NCBI GenBank assembly: GCA_030704615.1
Contig: CM060731.1
Location: 47,616,001-47,680,000, forward strand
Direction of reading: 5' to 3'
Length of the DNA: 64,000 nt
DNA from: Takakia lepidozioides
Taxonomy: Eukaryota; Plantae; Bryophyta
Shown: one piece after another, positions 37,851-50,000 of the stretch
How positions within the stretch are numbered: the stretch's first letter is position 1
Layout of the letters: each line of letters starts with the position of its first letter
Made by a program: the position numbers and the translations under genes
The notes under the pieces: model-generated
Databases searched by the model: none
What the model was told of the DNA's origin: nothing
The model's input: the letters and a program-made list of their open reading frames with translations, nothing else

Positions 37851-40297
37851 TTCATACAGTCTCCGTGAACGGCGCAGAAGGACAGCAAAATCTGAACCTT
37901 GAGAATTCGCTGTAGCTACTAAATAATTTTTGGACCTAAAACTCCGGAATAAATCAAACTTAAAATAAAGTAGTTCAGATCCTTGAACCGTACGTAGCGG
38001 GAAACTGGAGGTTCATTGGTATGGTAAAACGTGTGCCAATCGGCATTTCCGTCAATAGGCACACCATCTCCATCGACCTCAATGGGTACATTGCAGATAC
38101 TACAATCTTTCTCTGAAACTAATATGCTATTTGCGTACGGTCGACAAACACTACAGGTTCCAACCAAGTAATCAATCTGTCATCTCATATGTGCAGCTAT
38201 GGATGATGTACGTATTAAAGTCCCCAAATAAACATAAGGACATGCACAAGTAGGATCATAATTCTTTTCCACATTCGGACACGTGGCTTGACAACCCTCT
38301 CTCAAATATTCGATCCCATGAGAATTAAACAACTCTGTTGCGAACTCGATGAGTAACGAAAATTGGTTCTTGCATCTTCTCGGGTTGTTTATCTCGAGAT
38401 AATAATGCATGTTCCAGTAAAGCACCATCAGTTTTCGCAACAAGTCTACCAACTTTATCTTCATTTAAAAAACAGGTGTGTTTTCTGTCATTTTCTCTAA
38501 ACGATGCCGAGTTATACGTGGTACAATTGCTTCCATCACGTTTTATGAAAACTGCCATCACACGACCATCACATTTAATGACTCCGAAACTGTGGACCAA
38601 ATCATTTATCAAAGAAATACTAGATCATACCAACTCGGGATCTCAACTCTGGTTGGGCTGGATCTCTAACATGCCGATGACCCTCGTTGTCTTACAATAG
38701 AGAACGAGTTACAGTCCATAAAACTAAAAAAAAATCAAAGGTGGTCATCACTTCCACACTTAGAGCATGCAAACTAATAATAATAAAAAAAACCAAATCA
38801 TAACTTTCAAAAATTCAAAAAAAGAAAAACAAAGATCAAATGTTCATACGGACTCAACAAATCTGGTAGAATGTCCGTAACAATGTTGTGATTGCCCTCT
38901 AGGTATAAAATCCTAGAGACAGGAAAACATTGAGTGACAATGTTGCACATGAGAATAAATATAGGCTACTTCACTTTTATCTTTTAAGTATAAACTATTA
39001 TTCTTAAAATTATAATAGATTTCTAAGGACACACTTAGAATTTATAATTAAAGTAGGCTCGGACAGTTTGAACTTAAACTTAATTGTGGTGCAAATTATC
39101 CCAACAATACACAAATTGTTAGACCTTGGAATAGTTCTGTTGAGCAGGATCATGCCCACACGATGGAAATTATGCGATAGCTTTATTGTAAGTCCAGTTC
39201 TCAGTTCACAGATGCATGATGACTCTACACCAAATACATTAATATTTTCCTTGGCAACTATGTTTACAAAGGCTACATAGCTACCGAGTTACTGACTTAT
39301 GCAGTGGAATGTGCTGTATTACCTACTTGATCTCCGTTAGCAAGCTCGCCCCAATATACACTCCCAAAGCCTCCTTCTCCGAGCTTGTTGTCGTAGTTGA
39401 AGTTTTTTGTGGCCGTGTGTAGCTTTGTCTATGAAAATATGTGTCACGTGCTGTTTTTTTTCCCTTCGGCTAGCCTACACACAGGACCACATGTGCATAG
39501 ATACATGTTCACTTAGTGAAAAGTAAGAAGTTTCAGGTCAGAAGATTGTGGCAGAGATCAGACTTAAGAGTTTTAATAAATCACTACATGATCCTTTTTG
39601 GAGAGGGACCGATACTGCACTAAACATGAAAAAGATCAAGCAATTATGTGCACATCCACTCCCAATCACTGCCCGTTGCTCTACTTAAGGTATTGCAAGC
39701 CAAAAAGAACGATTTTGGTTTTTATGGTGAATGTGTTACTATTTCAGCAAAAATTTGACCGAACTGATTCAAAAACAAGGTTTCATATACATCAAGAAGT
39801 ATAGTAAAATTATGAAGTATTAGGATAGAATTGTGTGCTACACTTTCTTTCTGGAACCAATTGTACAGAGAGATTAGGGGGAAGTCTCAGTCCAAAAAGC
39901 ATAGTGTACATCAACAAGAGAGAAAATTACAGAGTCGGTCAAAGGGGGAGGGAGACAGAGACAACACGTAGGAGTTGTGAAAAGTACCTCAAGGCCGCGC
40001 AGTGCTTCATAAATAGTCACTGCCTGCAACCAGTCCTCAACCAGTCATATGCTAATCAGCAGCTTAAGTAAACTCCCTTCCTCTCCGACTCTGTCTTTAT
40101 GAACTCTGAGCAGCTTTGAGTTGTTCTTTGGATAGTATGGAGCTTATACTGTTTGCTTATGTGGCTCTATTTTGTTAGCCTACTTGTGTCTCTTGGTCTC
40201 CTCCGATGAAACATATCTCTTTCTTTCTGTCACCTCTCTTAGACGATAGCAAAAGTGTAAGATTTGTCACCACCATATTGTAACTGCACATCATTTA

Positions 40298-40873
40298 CAC
40301 AATGATAGAGAAAATATCATGCGACTGGTTTTTTTTCCTTGGCGACCTCCGGGGGTCGCTAGTAGCGACGCCGCGTTCCCACTCCCACCCTGCGCAACGT
40401 GTTATATATATATATATATATATATATGCGACTCCCGTGAGTCGCTGAAACCCACGGTCAGGCGTCGCAGAGCCCGACTCCCCTGCGACGGGGTTTTTTT
40501 ATGTATGCGACGTCCGGGGGTCGCGTTTTTTTTAGTATGCGACGCCCGGGCATAGGAAAAAAAACAACGTTGCGACGCCGGGGCGTCGCCCCATCCAACG
40601 CCGTCGGCTGGAGGGCAACGACGGTCGGCCGTCGCTAGCAGGAGGCCCCTGCCAGCGCCCTGGATCGCCAAGTAGCGACGTCCGGGCGTCGCTAGAGGAG
40701 GACAGGGGCTTGCGCCCTATCCGTCGCATTTTTACGATGATATTCCAACGACGCCCTGGCGACTGACGTGCGACTCCAGGGCGTTGCAAAAATGGCCCCC
40801 CGCCTCAGCTTCAAAATGGCCGTTAGCGACGCCGCGGCGTTGAAACCCCCCCCCTTTTTTTTTTCCTGTAGTG
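40298..40873. mobile_element. CACTA-type non-autonomous element or terminal fragment
   Basis: The right end TTTTCCTGTAGTG is the reverse complement of CACTACAGGAAAA. Dense subterminal GCGACGCC/GGCGTCGC motifs occur in both orientations. The left end is degenerate and no TSD was found. Confidence 0.7.
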
Positions 40874-40899
40874 GAAAAAGGTCAGGCCAATAGGTGGGT

Positions 40900-42302
40900 G
40901 GCATGGGATCTAAGAGGGGTGAGCCAGGTGCATGACCTCTGGACCAACACACCTTAATCTCTCCAAGATGCATTGGGTTCCCCCAGGCTAACGGCAGGGA
41001 TTGATCTCGTTCTTCTTACTGTGCCGGACCCTTGGAGAATTCTGCTGGGGGCTGGTGAGCTTCCAATCAGGCGCCCACCTAATGGATTACCTTTGCAGAC
41101 AAGGAGTTCCAAATATTCTATGTCAAAATGGTGCAGAATGCCTTGCTAAAAGGATTTGCTTTTGTGGCCGACTCCTTCTCGGGCATCTTAACCCTCACCA
41201 GCCAGAATGAGACAGTGACCCCTAGGGCTCGGGCAAAGCCCACCCGGATCTGCCACTGGTCTTCAGACTCAAAGGACTTCAACCCTTTGCGTCCACCCGA
41301 CATTCCAGTTGTTGTTCGGATGGTAAAAGAGCGCTTTGCCTGGATCGGGGGCCAAGCCTTGCAAAATCTGCAGGTGGATCCTGCAGAATGGCTCTGGAAA
41401 TTTGGATCCATCCCCCAACCTTTCTTCGCATACTCTGCTAAAAAGGCATATAGGGCCCTTAACACAGCCCCCCCGCTCACCACCAAATGGAATGCTAAAT
41501 GGGGGCATGCTAACTTTGAGTTGGAAAACTAGAACTGCATATGGAGATTGGTATGGAAAAAGGCCAAGCCAAGAAAAGCCTAGCGCCTTTCTATGGCAAA
41601 TAACAAACAAGGTATTGAAGGTGGGCCAATTCTTGGGCTTCCAGGAGGCACTCTTATGCAGATGTTGCTCCATAGACACTATAGAGTCCTTGGAGCATTG
41701 TCTGCTGTACTGTAGGGCCCCCATGGCTGTCTGGCATCTGGCCCTCGTTTTCTACCGTCCATGGGGAGCTCCACCTTCCAGCCCCATAGCCCTTCTCCTC
41801 AACTACAACCAATCCATCAAATCTCAGGCCTGTGATTGTCCAGTATTCGAGACTCTCAGATCTGCTATCCTATGGCATTTATGGAAAGCCAGATGCAAAT
41901 GGACACTGGATTTTCACAATACCTCTGCCACTGCAATCCTCACTCAGATTTTCTTTGACCTCGCAGTTGCTGCCAAACATGCTTGGGCAAAAATGTGTGT
42001 AGAAATCGCCAGGAAGCCTCAACAACAGTTTGCTCTCTTTGCCACCTTCCAAGCAACCTGGGGAAGGGACGGACTCATTTGCAAATGCTCTGATTGCACG
42101 CTCATGCGACTGGCCTCTAGGAATTCCCACCACTTGGTAGCACAACTGGTCCTTCATGTTCGGCATCACCAGAGTTTGACAAGTCTGACATCAATTGGAA
42201 GCACGTCAGGGTGGCTTCTCATGCAAGGTTGCACTTTCAGGGATAGATGTTCTGCACGATCCCTCGTTCATGATGCTTTCTTCCTTATCGAGTCAGCATA
42301 GG
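40900..42302 (+). mobile_element. 5'-truncated L1-clade LINE (ORF2 C-terminus with zf-RVT)
   Basis: KPSAFLWQITNKVL, CRCCSIDTIESLEHCLLYC and LRSAILWHLWKARC in ORF 41336-42301, with a frameshifted upstream part. Confidence 0.8.
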
Positions 42303-42620
42303 ATCTGCTTTCTGTTCATCAGCGAAACACTGCTATTAGTGAGCTAGTTTCTTGCCGTAGGGCAACATGCCCGGTATAGGGCTCTGATTATTATCCAAGT
42401 CATGGATATGAACTCTTGTTATTGGCCTCTCGGCTGCAACAGACCATCGTTCCCCTGGTATCTCCAACACGTTCCTCGTGCGATAGGCCTCATGGCAGCC
42501 TTCGGGCATGTAAGGGTTTTAATTTTTTTCCCTTCAATAATTTCAATAAATCTAACAAGGGCCTTCATCCCCTTTTTAACCCAAAAAAAACTTGAAATTC
42601 CAAATTTCCCACATGAAAGG

Positions 42621-43165
42621 CCAATCATTGTTCCAAGAAAGCCCACTTTGCTATTTTTCGGGAATTTCCAGTGACCAGAAGCACTTGAAATTCGACATCT
42701 CCCGCACCGCGGGTCCAAAAATCATGAGATCAAACCGGTGCACCCCTCCTCATCGAGGGTTTTCCAACGGCACCAAGCACTAGGACTGGGCCCCGCGGTG
42801 CGGGAGATCTCAACGACGCTACAAAACAAAAACAAAACAAAACAAACAAACTGGCTTCCTTCATATATATTGAAATAGGGTAGCATGTGCCGTTGGCCCA
42901 AGTGTCCAATCAATATATGAATTGAGACGTTTGTTTGTTTGTTTTGTTTTGTTTTGTAGCGTTGAGATGTCCCAAACCGCAAGGTCCCATCGTTGGTGCT
43001 TGGTACCGTTGGAAAGCCCTCGACGAGGAGGGGTGCACCGGCTTGGTCTCATGATTTTTGGACATGCAGTGTGGGAGATACGGAATTCCAAGTACTTTTG
43101 GTCGCTGGAAATTCACAAAAAAATAGCAAAAATGGCAAAGTGGGCATTCCTGGGACAATGGTTGG
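42621..43165. repeat. Long imperfect inverted repeat (~250-bp arms, ~36-bp spacer)
   Basis: 42621-42873 is the reverse complement of 42910-43165, e.g. CCGGTGCACCCCTCCTC/GAGGAGGGGTGCACCGG and (CAAAA)n/(TTTTG)n. Confidence 0.9.
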
Positions 43166-44031
43166 AGCCTCGACGGGAAAAGGCGTGAAAAAAGCTAACA
43201 GGTCATCCCAAAAATCAAATCCCATTAGCAGGTTAAAGTCAAAGATCGGGACCCAATCTCCCTCCCACTTTCACGAGAGGCAAGAGGTCAGGACTCGAGA
43301 TAGGGTTTGGGAGGTAGGAGGTCAGGACCCGAGCTAGGGTTTGGGATCCCAGTTGCACATAGAAGAGCCCCACCTAGCTTCAAAAGTCGACCTTGACATC
43401 AGCTTTCAGCCATGTTTGACCACATGGAAGGAAACTCTAAGACATTCTGCAATGAAGGGTCGATTTCTTTGGTGTACCAAATACCTCTGTGTTTATTCAT
43501 TTGTGGATGTGAGCATGTTGCTGAGAGATTCAGTCTCTGTGTGGTCTCTCTGCTTAGCATGGTCAAGCTCGTAATAACTACAACCCCCTTTAACTTTAGA
43601 GCAGCCTGCAGTGGATAGGGGTATTTGGGTCATGCTCATTTTGTAAGCTTCACAATTCGCCGTCCCTAGAATCCCCACATAGAGTGGACCAACACCTTTG
43701 ATTTACACACCAACTTTGGCTAGTCCATGGCTAGTCCAAACCTATGACAACACTAGGGAGTAATTAAACCCCAACCAAATGGGGACATAACCTGTCTTTG
43801 TCTTTCTCCTTTTGTACGCCCATGGACCCTGCATTCTCAACACTCATGATTCGCAAACCCACCTAGCACTCAATCATGCCATGCTCAATAAGCTCACTAT
43901 CCTATAGAGGCTCTTACAATACTTGTTAAGAAGACAGCAGTTGCCAACCACACTGAGGGCATCCTTGAGTATCACATGCCTCTCTGCAACGTAATCTGGA
44001 GATGGCAACCGTAACTTGTTGGCAATAGTGC

Positions 44032-47000
44032 TCATGTTGAAGCATGCAAAGCCTTGTTGAGGGGCAGCCCAGCCACAGCACTTCCCTCAATTCCGCACTC
44101 ATTGGTGCCTCGCACAATCCGGAACAAACCATTCTGTGACAATCAAACAAACTCTCAGTTTAAGGTTTCCAAGGAAGGACATGATAGATATGTACACATA
44201 ACAACCAAAGGGACATCCTCAATGAGGCAGCAGACTTGGCAAAGGTACTAACTGGTGCATGGCTGCAAGTGTAGAATAATGGTCTAGTTAACAAGTCAGC
44301 AGATCAGCCGTGCTGACATGTGGAGTAGCAATAACTTTCTTTAAATAGTACAAGAACTGCTGTGAATAACCCAACAAGAGAGACAAGACACATTTGATAT
44401 TCTCCTGGCACTGTCTGCAGTATGCTTATGGCCAACATGCTGAACCTCTTTTGGAAGACAGAGAGAAAGAAGTTAAGTCCAGAGCCCAAAGGCATCAAGG
44501 TACAGAATGTACTCATAAGACGTTGTTTGCCGTAGCCTTGTGGCCATTGACCCCGCGCGAAGTTTGAGCGGAACACAAAGGGACAGAAACTACCTTTGTC
44601 AGGGGCTGACGCCAGTAGTATGACTTACCTTGGAACAGACAATTGATCCAAGTTTTCCAGATATCCTCTAGAAATCCCATAACACAAGCATCAATCTGCT
44701 GTGTGTGGTTTGCCCAATAACTAGGCCCCAAAAGGGCCTGGGCTTTTGGCTCAGCCTGGAGACTTTCAAAGTTGGTAAACAGAGGTACAGGCACAATTCC
44801 CTTGATGGATTTGAAGAGGGCGTCTCTCTGGTGAAAGTACCCAGGACAATGAATCAGAAAATGAATATTGTCTTCAGGTTGCCCACACAACGGGCATTTG
44901 CAATCCCCCTTTCCTCTCTGCTTCTGTTTGCTGTTCAAAGGTAGGCTTCCCACCCTGTGTTTAAATTTCAGTCTAGTGCCGAGAGTGGGTAAATCCTTGA
45001 GGTCATCCATGATGGCCTCCCCATGTCGTAGACTGGAAACAAGTTCAGGGAAGTTTTCTGCCCAACTTCATTTTCATCAGACAATTTCCTGGCAACAGAC
45101 ATGGCTCTGCACACTACAGCCTCCAAGTCAGATTTATCCAGCAGGGTCAAGTTGCGGACTTAGATTCAGATCCTCGAGAATCTCTGCTACCCTCTTCCGC
45201 CAGGACTTAGCCTGTTTGACAGGGCAATCCTGCTTCCAAGATATAGAGTCGATTAACGTAGGATATCTGATATTAGTCATACATTGCAGCTGACCCCACC
45301 ATCTGACCTTGAATTCATCTCGACGGGAGCTTAAGGGAGGGATGCCAAACTCACCCGAACAGCCACATTGGCTGTTTTGGAGCATGCTGACATGCACTCC
45401 TTAAGCACCCCCACTTGAATGGATTCTAAAGACTTAGCCTGGTTGGAGTTATCAACCCATACTGCCGATGCGTACTCCAAGGCAGGCCTAATAACACGGC
45501 AAAGCATGGCTTTTTTTACTTCAGAGTTGATCCCTGTCCGGTGGAAAAATTTAGTGAGACCCAACACCCAACGCTTTGCGTTTGCCAGATTGAACAACTT
45601 TTTTGAATATCTGCACCCCAAATACAGTTGGAGGAAAACTCAAAGCCAAGATATGTGTAGGAAGGGAGAGCCGGAATCTCTTGGCTTCCCCACTGCCACT
45701 TGAGATCGCCTCCCCCTCGGTCGTTGATTGCCACCACTGTGCATTTACTGACGTTAGCCTCTAGGCCCCAAAGGTCAGAGTATCTCTTCCCGCGGTCAAT
45801 CAACTCCTGAAGATTGGATGGAGTCTCCCCTATGCCTGCGAAGTCATCCGCAAACATAAGGGCTGGTATGGTGGCATCACCCACCCTTAACCCAAATCCC
45901 TCACTTTCCACATCCTCGAGGAGTTGATTGATGAGAGTTTTGAAGAGCAGAGGGGAGAGGGTACATCCTTGAGTTACACCTTGGTCTATGTCAAAGAAGT
46001 TATAATTGGGAAGTCTATGAAGTCAAAGAAGTCTATGCTAATTGTAATTGGGATGCACATATCCAGAAAGTTGTTCAAACTGGCAAGGGCAAAGCTCTGG
46101 GGCTCACTAAATTTTTCCACTGCAGAGGGGTCAACTCTGAGGTTAAGAAAACCATGCTTTGTCGGCCTTGAGTACGGATCTGCTATATGGGTTGATAACT
46201 CCAACCAGGCTAAGTCTCTAGAATCCATTCAAGTGGGGGTGCTTAAGGAGTGTATGTCAGCATGCTCCAAAACAGCCAATGTGGCTGTTTGGGGTGAGTT
46301 TGGCATTCCGTCCTTAAGCTCCTGACGAGATGAATTCAAGGTCAGATGGTGGGGTCAGCTGCAACATATGCCCAACACCAGATATCCTAAATTAATCGAC
46401 TCTATATCTTGGAAACAGGACCGCCCTGTCAAACAGGCTAAGTCCTGGCAGAAGAGAGTAGAAGAGATCCTCAAGGACCTGGACCTGGATCCGCAAGTCT
46501 TGACCCTGCTGGATAAATCTGACTTAGAGGCTGTAGTGTCCTCAGCCATGTCTGTTGCCATGAGATTGTCTGATGAAAATGAAGTTAGGCAGAAAACTTC
46601 CCTGAACTTGTTTCCAGTCTGTGACATGGGGGAGGACATCTTGGATGACCTCAAGGGTCTACCCACTCTCGGCACTAGACTGAAATTTAAACTCAGGGCA
46701 GGAAGCCTACCGTTGAACAGCAAACAGAAGCAGAGAGGAAAGGGAGAGTGCAATTGCCCGTTGTGTGGGCAATCTGAAGACAGTATTCATTTTCTGATAC
46801 ACTGTCCGGGGTTCTCTCACCAAAGAGACGCTCTCTTCAAATCTATTAAGGGAATTGTGCCTGTACCCCTGTTTACCAACTTTAAAGTCTCGAGGCTGAG
46901 CCAAAAGCCCAGGCCCTCCTGAGGCCTAGTTTTTGGGCAAATCACACACAGCAGATTGATGCTTGTGTGAAGGGATTTCTAGAGGATATCTGGAAAACCC

Positions 47001-50000
47001 GGATTAATTCTTTATATGGAGGTAAGTCTTACTACCAACGTCAGCCCCTGACAGAGGTAGGTTCTGTCCCTTTGTTCCCGCTCAAACTGGGCGCGGGTTC
47101 AATGGCCACAAGGCTATGGCAAACAACGTCTTATGAGTACAATATGTCAAAGAAGTTAGACTTCTGTCCGTTAACGGTGACACAGCTTTTGGTGTGAGCA
47201 TACAAGTTATGGACCACTCTCCACATCTTTCCCTTGATCCCAGATGACCAGAGTCGGAGCCAGAGACCATCTCTCCACACTGTGTCATAAGCCTTTTTGA
47301 CATCCAAGAAAAAGACAAAAGTGGGTTTCCCTTCTTTTTTCCTTCCCTGGATAATCTGGCTTAGAGTGAAGATATGATCTACACAGCCCCTGTTTCTCTG
47401 AAAGCCAGCTTGGCCTTCGTGGAAACAACCTCTAGACTCCAGATCAACCTCGAGACGAGTACTTATAAGTCTGCAAAATATGAATCTCTTGTCATTACCA
47501 CCATGGTGGTTTGAGTTTATTTCACTGTGTAACTTGTCCCAGTATGATTTCTTCTGAGACCGTACAAGCTGATTGATATCTTTGCGGATCTGGTAGTACC
47601 TAGCCCACAATTCTTTGTTGACGTTCAAATTGCAGCACACTTTATAGAATACTCGTCTCTCCGCTATCTTGAGTTTGATCTCATTTGTCCACCAATTAAC
47701 AGCTCTGCCACAGACAAGTAGTTTCGTCCCAATGATCTTGTCAGCCACAGAGGAAACTCTCCCAAGAATCCACCGCTCTTTCGACTTCATATCTTGCATT
47801 GCCAGAGCAAGACTGAAGATCTTGGAGCGAATGGACAAAGTGAGGGAGAGCCTCTTGCAAGGCCTGGACATACTTCCGTGACCTCTTCATTTTGGAATTT
47901 TTCTATGCGCCACTTCCGAATCGAACGTTTCACAGATCTCTTGGTGTTTGGGAAACACCTTTTGATCTCAGTCCAAACCAGGAAGTGGTCAGAGGTACCC
48001 AGTTCTGTCGATCAACACATTGGCACTCTAGGGAAACAAATACTTGTCCACTATGATATAATCCGCAATGGATCGATCCCCAGCCTGGGCTTTCTCACGT
48101 GTCCACTGCACCTATTATTCAAGGTCAAAAGCTGAAGTTCTTCGAGACAGTTTATTAACCGTCTTCCATTAGAATTCAGCTCGTCCTCACCAAAAGGCCC
48201 AATAGTATCATCCTGATGAAGACCTTTACTCACTTGGGTCAAGGTCACCCAGAAAGACCACCTGACCTTTGGGGAGGAACTTAGCACAGTCTAGCTTTAT
48301 GTCTGCGAAGGCTTTGTCTGTGTCAGCACTAAGGGTCCCCTCTGTGGGCATGTAAACACAGCCCACAAATACTCACGCCGCCCTTCAATTTCAGTTTCAG
48401 CCAGATACTGTGCTCATACCCCAACCCTTGTTGATAATTTCACAATTGTCACACAAGAAATCACGGATGAAGAAGCCAACACCTTTTTGACCACGCTGGG
48501 CAGAGGCCGTCTTAAGTGCACACATTTTACCAAACCATCTATAGCCATTGACATCTCCAACCAGTTTGTCCGAAGTTTCACTGCACAGATATGAATACCA
48601 TTTGCATGAAGAACTTGTCCCACTTCAAATTGTTTCCTTTGGTTAGTCAGCTCCGAGAAGTTAAAAGTGCCCAGCCGCAAGCCAGCCCTTTGCATATTGA
48701 TTGTTTGCTATCTAGGTCAGCCTATGATTGCTCCTGGACGGCCAACCGATCTGCAAAGGGGGATCAATTACCCTGTGTGGAGATTTTGCTCGTTTTGTGT
48801 AAACTTTAAGGATTGGCAAACCATTCAGAGTACCGTATCCTTCAGTGACACAACGCTCAGACTCGGCACACATAGGGCCAGCTAGTCTGTCTGGCTGCTT
48901 GGTATCAACCTCATCCAGGGCATCAAACCGGTTAGAAACTTTCAAGTTGAGGTCCCACCCTTGGTTGTCTTCCTAGAGCGCCTCATTGCATCACCAATGT
49001 CTAAGACCACTCTCCAGCCAGTCAAGGGACGAACTTCTTTGAAATTGAGTTGATGTGAGACTCTATTTGTAGCATTTTAGACATTGAAACCTTCCAAGTA
49101 CCTCTGTTATCAAGTCTCGAGATGGTGCCATTAGCCACAGAATCCAAGCCTAAGCTGGAGCAGGTAGTTTTAAAGGACACATCGTCCATCCTGGGATTCA
49201 CCCCAAAAACTACACAAGAAGCCCTAGATGTGGCACAAGTAACCATTTCCCAGGAATCACCCTGGGGAGTGTTGTTATCGTCATGGCAAATTAAATTGAT
49301 AGATCTCGCAGGCTATAAGTTTAAGCACAAGGACCAACCCTAGCCCAAGTGCCGAGCATGCTTGACAGAGCATACAACTGCCCATTTTGGGCGGAGGGGC
49401 TGCCCCCAAGCGGTAGGGGTACGCTTGTTACCATTCATAGATCACACTCCAAAGGAGCTACAGGGAATGGCCCGCGTAGACATATTCTAAAGAGGGAGAG
49501 GCCCCAAACTCTCCAACTAAATCCAATGCACTACCTTACCCGAAGCAGAGTGCTTCAGCTCAAAGACCAAGGTACAGAGACAGACAAAGAGCAAAAGAAG
49601 GAAGCAAGAAGATAATTTTCATCTGCGGGAGGTCCAACTGGAGAGAGAGAGAGGGGTGGGGGAGGGGGCCAGTCCAGAGTGCAGAAGAACCTACCTCACC
49701 CCACGACCGATTCCATGAATTCACAATCAGCTGCACAGATATTACAGCTCAACTCAGATATTGCACAACATTGCTTTCACCTTAACATCACACTTGCAAA
49801 GAGCTTATGGGTTGCAAGTAATTAAATTCACAGATCATGGGCACACTCAGAACACCTCATCTAAAATCGCACGCACCCAATAATCAATGCCTTCAGAAGT
49901 GGTACCCCAGCCAATGAGCTTCACAGCATGGCCTCCCATATAGTTGCCTTCCAAATGCTTGTACACACCTGTCTTGTAATGAGCGAAGTCCTGCCAGTTC

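Noticed and set aside
40403-40426. (AT)n and other microsatellites, e.g. (AAAC)n at ~17180-17205
   Set aside because: Ordinary simple repeats.
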